From an uncultured Chloroflexia bacterium (GTDB taxonomy: Bacteria > Chloroflexota > Ktedonobacteria > Ktedonobacterales > JADMIN01): a stretch of DNA of 64,000 nt. Location of the stretch: positions 331,023 to 395,022 of the forward strand of contig CAVPDP010000019.1 of assembly GCA_963702665.1 (NCBI GenBank), given 5' to 3'. A program made the translations under genes and the position numbers. Positions 28,111 to 37,480 of the stretch are shown here, one piece after another. The stretch's first letter is position 1. Each line of letters starts with the position of its first letter. A model generated the notes under the pieces. The model ran no database searches. It was given only the letters and a program-made list of their open reading frames with translations, and was not told where the DNA came from.

Positions 28111-29052
28111 TCTGACGAATCGAGCCGGATGTGCTACCCTCGTGCTGGAGATGGCATTGGAACGAGGGTAGCCACGATGGTTGGACGCGGGGAGTTGACA
28201 GAGGAAGCGTGGAGCGTCATCGCGCCGCTGCTGCCCGCGCAGGGGGCGGCGTGGCGGGCAGTGGCGGGACCATCGCACGGTGATCAACGGCATCTTATGG
28301 AAGCTGCGCACAGGCGCGCCCTGGCGCGACCTGCCGGAGCGCTAAGGCCCGTGGCAGACGTGCGCGGACCGGCTCTACCGCTGGCGCCGCGACGGGACGT
28401 GGGACCGGATCTGGCGCACGTACAGACCAAATCGGATGCGGTGGGCGAGGTCGTCTGGGAGGTGAGCATCGATAGCTCGACGGCCCGCGCCCACCAGCAT
28501 GCCAGTGGCGCCCGCCGTCGGCCGCAGTCAGGCCGACGCAAAAAGGGGGTCCAGCACCCAACCGACGAGGGGCTCGGACGCAGCCGGGGAGGACTGACGA
28601 CCAAGTTCCATCTGGCCTGCGACGGGAAGGGACGACGCTCTCGGTGGTGATCACGGCGGGACAACGCCATGACAGCACGCAACTGGGGCCGATCTTGGAT
28701 GGGATCCGCGTCCCGCGCCCGGGTGGACGGGGACGACCGCGCACGCGGCGCGGATCGCGTCATCGCCGATAAAGGCTACAGCTATGCGCGCTGTCGTCAG
28801 CTGCTGCGCCAGCGCGGCAGATCCCGCACACCATCCCAGAGCGCAGCGACCAGCGAGCACGACGAGCGGCCCAACCTGGTCGCCCGCTGACATTAGACAA
28901 GGCGATCTACGCGCGACGCAATGTGATGGAGCGCTGCATCAATCGGCTCAAACAGTGGCGTGGGCTGGCCACCCGCTACGAGAAGCGCGCCGTCAACTAC
29001 CGGGCGATGCTGGTCTCGCCTCCATCGTCACGATTGAGTCGTGATTCATCGG
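28111..29052 (+). mobile_element. degenerate IS5-family (IS427/IS1031-like) insertion sequence with an inactivated transposase
   Basis: Transposase motifs are scattered over three frames: [41 protein letters not shown] (nonsense at the conserved Tyr), DSSTARAHQHASGAR, LGRSRGGLTTK, VIADKGYS, NVMERCINRLKQWRGLATRYEKRAVNY. The ends are imperfect inverted repeats (CTGACGAATCGAG vs CCGATGAATCACG). TAG flanks both sides (28108-28110 and 29053-29055). Confidence 0.8.
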
Positions 29053-29202
29053 TAGACCCTGCTGGCGTCTCATGTGGCCGACATCAACGATTTTATGGCT
29101 TGAAGTAGATAGTGAATTTGGGGTTAGCTGCCGCTATTGTTTCGTCGAAAATGCAGTGTAGAAGCATTTCGCTAATTGGGTAAGGCGTTTCCAGCAGTAC
29201 CT

Positions 29203-30386
29203 CTACTCAGCCTTGGCATCCTGCGATAAGACAACATTGGTCTCCTGCTGCCACTTACCATCATGGTAGCGCAGGAGCGCACCACAGAGTCCCACCGCCC
29301 AGGTGTCACTGCTGGCGGGAAGCGTGGTGACACCATAGAGCGGGTATGAGATTGGGCTGGTGACCTTCGACCACACCCCAGAGATATCATGGTAGAGGCT
29401 ATTAGATCCGCCGACGGCCCAGCCTTCTTCTGGGGTGGAGCGCGTTGCGGGGCGCAGCGAGACACTGGAGAGGTTCTCATCCACGGTGCGCACGAGGAAC
29501 CAGCGACTACCCACATAGCGCAGAATCACGCCAGAAGAGGAGTTCCCAATGCTACCGACAGCGTAGCCCGCCTCGGACGAATTCATGGCGATGCCAGTGA
29601 GAAGGATGGGGCCCAGCGCTTGTTGGGCGATGGGGAGCATAATGTCTTGCTCGCTCCATGACGTGCCGTCGTAGTGGACAATGTTCGCCACCAAAGCGGG
29701 CGATCCAGACATCATCTGGACCAGTCGCCGCGATGGCTGCGCCCACCGCCCCATTGCTTATCAGCGAGAGCCGTCACTTCGCGCCAGGCCGTCCCATCGT
29801 AGTGCAGCGTGATCCCGTCACCGGTCGCCCACCCATCCGTAGGAGAAAGCATGAGCAGCGCCGAGGGATCGGATCCGATGCCAATGGGAAAGACGGGTGT
29901 TGAGATCTTCCAAGTGGCGCCGTCATAGTGCAGCAGGACACCGCCGGGTCGGAAGCTGTGGTAGCGGTCACCGATGGGAATGGGCATGGAGGCCCAGGCC
30001 CAGCCATCGTGCGCCGACACCATCGAGACGGCGGTAAATGCGGACGTATCGTCGAGACCGGCGGGTTTGGGGAGAATCGTCCACTGGCCGCGTGAGTAGC
30101 GCATGAGCAGCGTCGTGGGTTTGCCGCTGATGCGCCCAACCGCCCAGCCGTCGTCCGCCGACACCATTGAGACACTCTGCAAGCTCATTGTATTGGCCCA
30201 AGGGTAGGGCTGCATGACTCCTAGGCGGAAGAGCCACGCGACGAAGGTCGGCTGCAGCACGTATGCCAGGATCAGTGCGACAGTAACCAGGGCCGCAGTG
30301 ATCCCCAGGGCCGCGCGTCGCTGTAGAGCAGACCAGCCAGCTGGGAACAGGAAACCTTGGAAGCGCATGTGCCAAGAGTCCTTCAC
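29203..30386 (-). pseudogene. membrane-anchored beta-propeller repeat protein (Ycf48/BNR-like blades), split by two frameshifts at ~29700-29760
   Basis: N-terminal TM helix, then repeated blades with x-[HR]-Y-D/x-G-x-x-W (LLMRYSRGQW, LLHYDGATW, ITLHYDGTAW, IVHYDGTSW, ILRYVGSRW, LLRYHDGKW). Between ORFs 29712..30386 and 29203..29754, a third frame carries AVGAAIAATGPDDVWIA. Confidence 0.65.
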
Positions 30387-30609
30387 TGAATTGCGGATTA
30401 CGCCCAGCGTTTGTCCGAGGCGAAGCCCATATCACACTCCAGATTACACTATCGTATCATTGCAGAAAGCCCGATAATGAACCAATGACCACACAGTCTC
30501 TTTCAACCCATTTGCCAGAGCAAGGAAACCGCTATTGAGCGTGCCGCCATAATACCTTGCTTCTTTCAAGGGCGTCAAGTGCGCATGTCGCGCGCGCCCA
30601 AACTTTCTC

Positions 30610-30638
30610 TTGCCTCGCATCCCCTCACCGCGTAGAAT
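30610..30638 (+). promoter_or_regulatory. sigma70-type promoter of the ABC-F leader
   Basis: TTGCCT (30610-30615), a 17-nt spacer, then TAGAAT (30633-30638). Confidence 0.45.
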
Positions 30639-30657
30639 GATCGCTGGAGGTGAACCG

Positions 30658-30675
30658 ATGGAACACACACGCTAA
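30658..30675 (+). promoter_or_regulatory. 5-codon leader mini-ORF (MEHTR) upstream of the ABC-F gene
   Basis: GGAGG (30646-30650) lies 7 nt before ATG GAA CAC ACA CGC TAA, directly downstream of the predicted promoter and ~245 nt before the ABC-F start. Confidence 0.35.
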
Positions 30676-30921
30676 CCGGCAGCCGATGAGCAATCCTGTA
30701 CGCGAGGCAGCGTAGCGCGCCCGCGTGCATCACTGGCAAACTTCTTTACCTCATCCTCTGGCCGGTTACTCTGCCTGATACCTGTATGCGGGTTGTCTGG
30801 GCAGCGTGTGTTCTCGCCGGTCATGCATTCCACATTTCAGCACGATTTCCTCCGGCCCCACTGCATATCGCGCCCTCGACATACCCCGTTTCGCCAGACT
30901 GGCAAAGGGGAGGCGCCTCCT

Positions 30922-32598
30922 ATGTTGCTGACCGTACGAAATATCACGAAAACCTATGGCGCTGTCACCGTGCTCGATGGTGTCACGTTCGCGCTGGAAC
31001 CCGGCGAACACGTCGGGCTTGTCGGCGCGAACGGCGCGGGCAAATCCACGTTGATGCGTATCATCACCGGCGAAGAAACCGCCGATAGCGGCGAGGTTCA
31101 ACTGGCGACCGGGCTGGACCTGGGCTACCTGCCGCAGACACTGCCCGCTATCGAAGGGCGCACGGTTGACAGCATGTTAGCCGAAGCGCTCGGCGGGCTG
31201 CGCTCCATCGAGACGCACATGCGCGCCCTGGAGGCGGCGATGGCCACCACCAGTGGCGAGACGCTCGCTGCGCTGCTGGCGGAGTATGGCCAGCTTGCCA
31301 GCCAGTTTCAGGATCGCGGCGGCTACGAGATGGAGGCGCGCATGGGCGCCATCCTCGCGGGTCTGCGCCTCGACTACCTGTCGCGCACCCGCGACCTGGG
31401 CACGCTCTCTGGGGGCGAGCGGGCGCGTGTTGGGTTGGCGCTGCTGCTGCTTCGTGCGCCCGATGTATTGTTGCTGGATGAGCCGACCAGCCATCTCGAC
31501 GCCGCCAGCCTGGCCTGGCTCGAAGACTATCTTGCCAGCTATGCGGGCGCGGCGCTCATCGTCTCGCATGACCGCCAGTTTCTCAACCGTAGCGTCAACC
31601 GCATCTTCGAGTTGGATGAATATACCCATACTCTGCGGCGCTACGAGGGCGATTACGATGCCTACCAGCGGGCCAAGGCGGCGGAGCGCCTCGCCTGGGA
31701 GGAGTCGTTCGCCCGCCAGCAGGAGGAAATCAAAGACCTGCGCAAGCGTATCCGCGAGTCGGCGCGGCAGGTGGCCCACAATCGCAGGCCGAAAGACAAC
31801 GACAAGCTGGCGTATAAGGGCAAGGGCGAGTGGGTTGCGGACGCCGTCTCGCGCAACGTCCGCGCCGCCGAAGAACAGCTTCGCCGCGTCGAGGCCGACC
31901 CAATCCCCAAGCCGCCGCGGTTGATGCGCTTCCAGCCGAAGTTTCAGGCAGAGGCATTGCGCGCCAACGCAATTGTGCGGATGGAGCATATCAGCAAGCG
32001 CTATGATGGACGGCAGGCGCTGCATGACGTAAGTCTTGTATTATTGCCCGATGCGCGTGTGGCGCTGGTCGGCCCGAATGGCGCAGGCAAGACGACGCTG
32101 CTGCGCGTGCTGCTGGGGCTGGAGCAGCCTGATAGTGGCAGTGTGCGTCTGGCTCCGGGAGCGCGCATCGGCTATCTGCCACAAGAGCCAGACGTCGGCA
32201 GCGGCGGCCGCACTGTCTTCGACGCCTATCGCGATGGACTGGAGGGCTACGAGTCGAATCTCGTCGCCGGAATTCTGGGTAACGGCCTCTTTCGCCTGGA
32301 GGATTTGACCAAGACCGTCGCGCAGCTCAGCCCTGGACAGCAACGCAAGCTCGAACTGGCGCGCTTGCTGGCGCTTGGCCCCAATGTGCTGTTGCTCGAC
32401 GAGCCATCCAACTATGTCAGCCTCGACGTGTTGGAGGCGTTCGAGGCGGCGATACTGGCGTTCCCCGGCCCGGTGCTGCTGATCTCGCACGACCGCTGGC
32501 TACTCAATCGTTTTGGTGGCGATATCTGGGAGCTTAGCGATGGCAATTTGCGGGATGATGCGGCAACAGCGCCATCACTGGGCGCTCCTTCGCTATAA
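30922..32598 (+). CDS. ABC-F family ATPase (two ABC domains, long interdomain linker)
   Basis: ATG 30922. Walker A motifs GANGAGKST and GPNGAGKTT; signatures LSGGERARV and LSPGQQRKL; Walker B motifs LLLDEPTSHLD and LLLDEPSNYVS. No TM domain. The linker is ~100 aa and Arg/Lys-rich. Confidence 0.9.
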   Translation: MLLTVRNITKTYGAVTVLDGVTFALEPGEHVGLVGANGAGKSTLMRIITGEETADSGEVQLATGLDLGYLPQTLPAIEGRTVDSMLAEALGGLRSIETHMRALEAAMATTSGETLAALLAEYGQLASQFQDRGGYEMEARMGAILAGLRLDYLSRTRDLGTLSGGERARVGLALLLLRAPDVLLLDEPTSHLDAASLAWLEDYLASYAGAALIVSHDRQFLNRSVNRIFELDEYTHTLRRYEGDYDAYQRAKAAERLAWEESFARQQEEIKDLRKRIRESARQVAHNRRPKDNDKLAYKGKGEWVADAVSRNVRAAEEQLRRVEADPIPKPPRLMRFQPKFQAEALRANAIVRMEHISKRYDGRQALHDVSLVLLPDARVALVGPNGAGKTTLLRVLLGLEQPDSGSVRLAPGARIGYLPQEPDVGSGGRTVFDAYRDGLEGYESNLVAGILGNGLFRLEDLTKTVAQLSPGQQRKLELARLLALGPNVLLLDEPSNYVSLDVLEAFEAAILAFPGPVLLISHDRWLLNRFGGDIWELSDGNLRDDAATAPSLGAPSL

Positions 32599-32649
32599 TG
32601 CCAGCCAGCAGGTATCTGCTGCCAGATGAGATGAAGGGAACATACAGAC

Positions 32650-33024
32650 ATGGCGGATGAGGGAGCTGGGCGGCCGGGTGAGATTGGCATCGAAGACTTC
32701 CAGCGGGTGGATATTCGTGTTGGGCGTGTGCTGGCGGCTGAGCCACTCAAGGGCGCGCGCAAGCCCGCCTATGCCTTGCGCATCGACTTTGGCGCGGAGA
32801 TCGGCGTTCGGCAGTCGAGCGCGCAAATTACCGAGCATTACCAGCCAGATGCGCTGATTGGGCGGCTCGTGCTGGCGGTGGTCAATTTTCCGCCGCGCCG
32901 CATCGCTGGCTTTCGCTCCGAGGTGCTGACGCTCGGTGTGGCCGATGACGCGGGCGCTGTGGTGCTGATTGACCCCCGATGCCACCGTGCCACTCGGCGC
33001 GCGTTTATTCTGAAAAGGCGATGA
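32650..33024 (+). CDS. tRNA-binding (CsaA / EMAP-fold) protein with a 3'-terminal frameshift
   Basis: IEDFQRVDIRVGRVLAAEPLKGARKPAYALRIDFG...RLVLAVVNFPPRRIAGFRSEVLTLG. Removing one C from the C5 run at 32973-32977 restores the canonical tail DPDATVPLGARLF, with the stop at 33011-33013. Confidence 0.8.
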   Translation: MADEGAGRPGEIGIEDFQRVDIRVGRVLAAEPLKGARKPAYALRIDFGAEIGVRQSSAQITEHYQPDALIGRLVLAVVNFPPRRIAGFRSEVLTLGVADDAGAVVLIDPRCHRATRRAFILKRR

Positions 33025-33055
33025 AAGGACAGGCGGGCTGCGCAATCGCTGGCGC

Positions 33056-33085
33056 CGTCATGGCTCGTCATGGCTCGTCATGGCC
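33056..33085. repeat. 10-bp tandem repeat, 3 copies
   Basis: cgtcatggct cgtcatggct cgtcatggcc. It overlaps the stop codon of the ParA-like gene. Confidence 0.9.
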
Positions 33086-33844
33086 GTCGGCGGGCGGCTG
33101 ATGGTTACCGTCTGTCGTCGCTGGCGACGGGATGCGTCGTAACTGCGCCAAAGGGATCAGCGTGCGGCTCAATTGCTGTATCGCCTGGAGATACGTGTCA
33201 TGGGGGATGATCGGCTGGCTGCCGCGCCGCTGGCTGTCGTCATCTCCGGCGAGCAGATAGTCTGCGGGAAAATAGCCGATCACGGGCAGGCGCCGATCCA
33301 TGGTTTGCGGCGGAAGACGCCCGGCCTCCACCGCATTAACCCGGCTAAAGACGACTCCGAAATGGCCGTGGGGTGGTGGCGCGTCTCCCAGACGTTCGGC
33401 CAACTGGTCAGCGGATTTCTGTCCGGTTTCGGTTGGATCAACCAGCGCCAGCACATAGTCAATAGACGCCGCGAAGCCACCTGTGCTTTCCAGCGGAGCG
33501 GCATCGCTGTCCAGCAGGATGACATCGACATGGCCGCGTGTCTGCTGGCGGGCGGTCTGTAAGATCGCTGGAATCTGGGCCGAGCGAGGCGCCGCTGGAG
33601 TCCATATCCCCACGTTCTTGACATTTTCGGATGCGACCAGCGCATGCAGCCGCTCGTGCCGCCCCGTAATGTCGACTATCAGCACCCGCAGTCCGGCGGC
33701 CACCAGCGCGCGCGCCAGATACCATGCCAGGGTGCTCTGACCGTGCCCACGGTGATTCTGGGTCAGTGCAATGCACGACGCGCGCTGACTGTCCTCGTCA
33801 TGGTAGTCATTGGCGCTGAAATGATTGTTCACCAGTGCATCCAA
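33068..33844 (-). CDS. ParA/MinD-superfamily-like protein with a degenerate Walker A
   Basis: IALTQNHRGHGQSTLAWYLARALVAAGLRVLIVD occupies the position of xKGGxGK[ST]T...G.rVLlvD. Both lysines are replaced (H and Q). A later VDVILLDSD is Walker-B-like. TTG start, uncertain. Confidence 0.5.
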   Translation of the reverse strand: MDALVNNHFSANDYHDEDSQRASCIALTQNHRGHGQSTLAWYLARALVAAGLRVLIVDITGRHERLHALVASENVKNVGIWTPAAPRSAQIPAILQTARQQTRGHVDVILLDSDAAPLESTGGFAASIDYVLALVDPTETGQKSADQLAERLGDAPPPHGHFGVVFSRVNAVEAGRLPPQTMDRRLPVIGYFPADYLLAGDDDSQRRGSQPIIPHDTYLQAIQQLSRTLIPLAQLRRIPSPATTDGNHQPPADGHDEP

Positions 33845-34208
33845 TCTCGGTGCTACGGTTACTTGCCGTTACTGCGGAGCGTTTCAGTATGCAGCAAGCT
33901 CATCAACACACGCAAACAGAGCATTCTACTTTCCCCGGCCACGGCCATGCTCGATCTGCGCCGTGGCGTGAACACACCCCAGTGGTCTGTGCTCGAAGAC
34001 CATAAGGACGTGGAAAAATCGCTGGCTGATTCGTCGTCCGTCTGCCGATGTGTCGGTGCGTCAGCAACTTCTCACGAGCATCTACGCGAAAATCAGGTAA
34101 TTCAAGACAATTCATGGCGTTCTCTTGTCATTGGAAGCGGTTTCCTTCGTCTACTATAATACGAGAGGTGCGAGCGATGTTGAATCGCTGCTAGAGGAGT
34201 TGTGTGTT

Positions 34209-35570
34209 ATGGCGCAAGGTCATGGTGTACTCCAGGGGAACCTGCGAGGGCGGCGACGGCAATTCCTCTACATGGCCGCATCGACCTTCTTGTTAGCGGC
34301 TGTTTTTGTCATGAATGCCTGCGGGGCGAACCCTGCTGTGGTGCGGACTGAGCCAGCGGCAGCGATGCAACCCGACCAACGCGGACCGACGTCAACCAAT
34401 TCAACCCTCCTCTACCCGCGTCATTATGATCGCCAGCGGGTGCAGACACTCGCCGAATATGTAGACCAGATGATCGGCAAGATGTCGCTCAGCGAAGAGC
34501 TTGGGCAGTTGTTCGTCGCTGAATTGACCGGCACTGATATGAACGCCAACAACATCGCCATGATCTCGCAGCTGCATGCTGGCGGCATCATCCTCTACGC
34601 CTTTAGCATGCAAACCGCTCAGCAGACCCAGGCGCTTATCCGCTCCTCGCAGGCGAACGCCAAGATTCCGCTGATTGTGTCCGTTGACGAGGAAGGCGGA
34701 TGCGTGGATCGCCTTACGCAGATCTATGGCAACCATCCTGGCGCGCCAGAGATTGGCGCCACTGGGTCAACCACGTATGCCTATCAGCAGGGCGCGAAGA
34801 TGGCGCAGGATATGACCTCCCTTGGCTTCAACCTTGATCTCGCTCCTGATGTTGACGTGAAGCTTGTCGACGGGCGAGACCTGCTATGCCGCACCTTCGG
34901 GAGCACTCCGGGCACTGTGACCCAACTGGCTGGGGCCTATCTCAACGGCTTGCAGCAGAATGGTGTGGTTGGCACGCTGAAACATTTCCCTGGCCTGGGC
35001 GATGCTCTGGGTGATGCGCACCTGAGCCTTCCAGTTATTAACCGCACCAGGGATCAGATCGAATCGGTGGAACTGGCCCCCTATCGCACGCTGATTAATA
35101 GCGGGCAGGTGCAGATGGTGATGACCACCGATCTGCTGCTGCCCAGTATTGATCCTGTGTTGCCCGCTGAGCTTTCTCCGTCCATCATCACTGGCGTCTT
35201 GCGCAGTGAGCTTGGATTCGATGGCGTGGTGATGACCGACGCGCTCTATATGCAGGGCATCTCGGATAAGTGGGGCATGCCACAGGCCGGCGTCATGGCC
35301 ATCCAGGCAGGCGACGACATGCTACTTGGCCCATGGAGCGCCGGACAGATGAGCGCCATGATCTCAGCGTTGAAAGCGGCGCTCAAAAATGGCAGCATCA
35401 GTAAGGCGCGTATTGATCAGTCCGTCCGGCGGATTTTAACACTGAAGATGCGCATGGGCCTGATTCCATTGCCCGCTAACAGCCAATCGCTGCTGCAGAG
35501 CGTGCCGCCCATCGGCTCGTTGTCACTGCACTTCAGCGGTGCGCCCGTAGCCGACGTGCCCAACCGCTAG
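34209..35570 (+). CDS. glycoside hydrolase family 3 N-terminal-domain protein (beta-N-acetylhexosaminidase, NagZ-like) lipoprotein
   Basis: ATG 34209. Lipobox-like VFVMNACG. Motifs: VDEEGGCVDRL, KHFPGLGDALGDAHLSLPV, VVMTDALYMQGI. Confidence 0.85.
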   Translation: MAQGHGVLQGNLRGRRRQFLYMAASTFLLAAVFVMNACGANPAVVRTEPAAAMQPDQRGPTSTNSTLLYPRHYDRQRVQTLAEYVDQMIGKMSLSEELGQLFVAELTGTDMNANNIAMISQLHAGGIILYAFSMQTAQQTQALIRSSQANAKIPLIVSVDEEGGCVDRLTQIYGNHPGAPEIGATGSTTYAYQQGAKMAQDMTSLGFNLDLAPDVDVKLVDGRDLLCRTFGSTPGTVTQLAGAYLNGLQQNGVVGTLKHFPGLGDALGDAHLSLPVINRTRDQIESVELAPYRTLINSGQVQMVMTTDLLLPSIDPVLPAELSPSIITGVLRSELGFDGVVMTDALYMQGISDKWGMPQAGVMAIQAGDDMLLGPWSAGQMSAMISALKAALKNGSISKARIDQSVRRILTLKMRMGLIPLPANSQSLLQSVPPIGSLSLHFSGAPVADVPNR

Positions 35571-35590
35571 TGGCCTGGCGCTAGCAGAAT

Positions 35591-35622
35591 CCTCCCCCCG
35601 TCGTTTTCAGGGCGAGGGGAGG
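35591..35622. repeat. GC hairpin between convergent genes (REP-like variant / bidirectional terminator)
   Basis: CCTCCCC (35591-35597) pairs with GGGGAGG (35616-35622). The loop contains ttttc. Confidence 0.5.
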
Positions 35623-35628
35623 GGGACA

Positions 35629-36978
35629 TCACTCCTCGATGATAAAGCGTCGCGGCGCACTGACCCTGCTGACCTCGTGGTGCCGTTCCATCGCCGCCTC
35701 GTAGCCGGGCCAGTCTGTCTGGAGGCCACGTTCGGCCAATATCTCCGCCGCCAGATCCGCTGGGAAACCACGCTCCGCATGCAGCAAGAAAAGCTGCTCG
35801 CCCGAAACGATGCCATCAGCGTCGGGCTGGATGTGTTCCAGCAGGCGAAGTCCAGTCGTCAGCACGCGCGTGAAGCGCTGTTCCTCGTCTGTCAGCAGCG
35901 TCGCGATCTCAGGCGCGCGAAGGCGCTCATCGGTTGAGAACAGGTCGCCCGCGCGCTCCACGAGTGGCGGCACAAGCTCACCCAGAAATGGCTGCTCTAG
36001 CCCCAGGATGCGTCCATGCCGCGCCGCCCGACGAATCAATCGGCGGACGACAGAGCCGCGACCATCCGGGCGCGGAACGACTCCGGCCAGGCCAATATAG
36101 AGCGTCGAACGCACCGCATCGACGATCACGCGTCGCGCGCGTTGCCGCGCTGGTGTATCTTCACCCGCTGGCGCAAGCTCCGCCAAACGTTGCTGCGCGC
36201 CCGCAAACAGGTCGGTCTCGAAGAGCGTCGGGGCTTTCTGGAGAACCGCCGCGATACGCTCTAGCCCCATGCCAGTATCGACGCTACGCAGGGGCAGAGG
36301 TGTATAGCGCCCGTCAGGTTGCCACTCATATTCGATGAAGACCAGATTCCAGAACTCGAGAAAGCGTTCGCACGAGCATCCCGGTCGACACGTAGACTGG
36401 CCACAGCCGAACGCTTCGCCGCGATCTATGAACATCTCCGTGTCGGGGCCGCATGGGCCGGGGCCGTTCATCGTCCAGAGATTATCGTCGCGCCCAAGCG
36501 GCACGATACGCTCCTCTGGCTGGCCAACCCGCCGCCATTCATCGAGCGTCACGTCATCTGGTGGCAGGCCAGACGCTGGATCACCGGCAAAGACAGTCAC
36601 CCAGAGCGCCGACCGATCAACGCCAAACGCCGAGAGCAGTTCAACCGCGTAGCCAATCGCCTCGCGCTTGCCGTAGTCGCCGATAGACCAGTTGCCGAGC
36701 ATGTTGAAGCTGCTCAGCTTGCGCCCATTGACGCCGACAGCATCCGCGTCGTCCATCCGCAGGCAGCGTTGCACTGCGGTCAGCCGTGGCGCGGGTGGTG
36801 GCGTCTGACCGCGCAGCCACGGTAACAGCGGCTGCATGCCCGCGATGACGAAGAGGGTGCCTTCCGCCGTGGCAAGCGGCGCGCCCGCGATCTCCAGATG
36901 GTCATGCGCACGGAAGTACGCGAGATAGCGCCGGGTAATTTCCGGCGACGAGAGTTCCGACTGTTGATGATGCGCCAT
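35629..36978 (-). CDS. alanine--tRNA ligase-related protein: aminoacylation plus tRNA-recognition domains only (450 aa)
   Basis: ATG 36978 follows GGAAGGAG. Motifs: FVIAGMQP, QRCLR, FNMLGNWSIGDY, GPCGPDTEMFIDRG, CSCERFLEFWNLVFIEY, SVDTGMGLERIAAVLQ, RGSVVRRLIRRAARHG, and it ends at ...GYEAAMERHHEVSR. No editing (HxxxH/CxxxH) or C-Ala domain is present, and there is no room for one before the convergent GH3 gene. Confidence 0.8.
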   Translation of the reverse strand: MAHHQQSELSSPEITRRYLAYFRAHDHLEIAGAPLATAEGTLFVIAGMQPLLPWLRGQTPPPAPRLTAVQRCLRMDDADAVGVNGRKLSSFNMLGNWSIGDYGKREAIGYAVELLSAFGVDRSALWVTVFAGDPASGLPPDDVTLDEWRRVGQPEERIVPLGRDDNLWTMNGPGPCGPDTEMFIDRGEAFGCGQSTCRPGCSCERFLEFWNLVFIEYEWQPDGRYTPLPLRSVDTGMGLERIAAVLQKAPTLFETDLFAGAQQRLAELAPAGEDTPARQRARRVIVDAVRSTLYIGLAGVVPRPDGRGSVVRRLIRRAARHGRILGLEQPFLGELVPPLVERAGDLFSTDERLRAPEIATLLTDEEQRFTRVLTTGLRLLEHIQPDADGIVSGEQLFLLHAERGFPADLAAEILAERGLQTDWPGYEAAMERHHEVSRVSAPRRFIIEE

Positions 36979-37140
36979 GCTGCCGCGCTCCTTCCCCAGG
37001 GGTTGACCCCAGGCGCTGAAAATGGGCTGAGTTCGTCTTCCGGTGGACATGCCGGAAAAGCCCGTCAGAAGGAAAGGCGCAGTGTGCGAGGCTGAGGCGC
37101 TCGCTACCAGATGGATAGAGGCTGGTTCATCGCGGCCAGA

Positions 37141-37480
37141 CAAAAACACCCGCCGCGAGCGCCTTGCTCGGGGCGGGGTCGATGATATTCGAGTCCCGTG
37201 GTACCACCCTGCTTGAGAGCATCCCGATATCCACAATTTGGGGACACAGGGGTTGCTCTCCACTCTTTCCGGGCACGGAGCGGATTGCTCGATGCCCTGC
37301 TCTCAGGTAACGGGGAGCGACCGGCGGGTGCTACTGACCACAGTGGGTGTTCGTCCCGCGTCGTGGCCCAGCGTCACATGGCGCCAGGCCTGAGGGTGGC
37401 TTCTCCGCGCGTCTGCCTGCCGGGCTTACACTCTCCCCGGCTCGCTGCTTTGCCGTAGCGCGGATACTCGTCCCTCACGA
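37141..37480 (-). promoter_or_regulatory. T-box riboswitch leader, alanine specifier (GCC)
   Basis: Read on the minus strand. Stem I is GAGGG-ACGAGUA-UCCGCGC ... GCGCGGA-GAAGCCA-CCCUC, with specifier codon GCC at 37398-37400 followed by A. The T-box core is AGCAGGGUGGUACCACGGGA (37194-37213). The terminator is CCCGCC-C-CGAGC-aaggc-GCUCG-C-GGCGGG followed by UGUUUUUGU (37141-37180). A possible promoter is TTGACA (37530-37535), 18-nt spacer, TAGACT (37506-37511). Confidence 0.85.

Noticed and set aside
28539-28549. The A-rich slippery-looking motif caaaaaggggg inside the IS transposase was considered as a programmed -1 frameshift site.
   Set aside because: The conserved segments on both sides (AHQHASGAR... 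and ...LGRSRGGLTTK) are in the same frame, so no programmed shift is needed there. The element's other frame breaks are at non-slippery sites and look like decay.
35571-35640. Truncation of the AlaRS-like gene was considered as another assembly frameshift hiding the editing and C-Ala domains.
   Set aside because: Only 58 bp separate its stop from the convergent GH3 gene's stop, and no AlaRS editing-domain motifs occur in any frame nearby. The gene really does end after the tRNA-recognition domain in this assembly.
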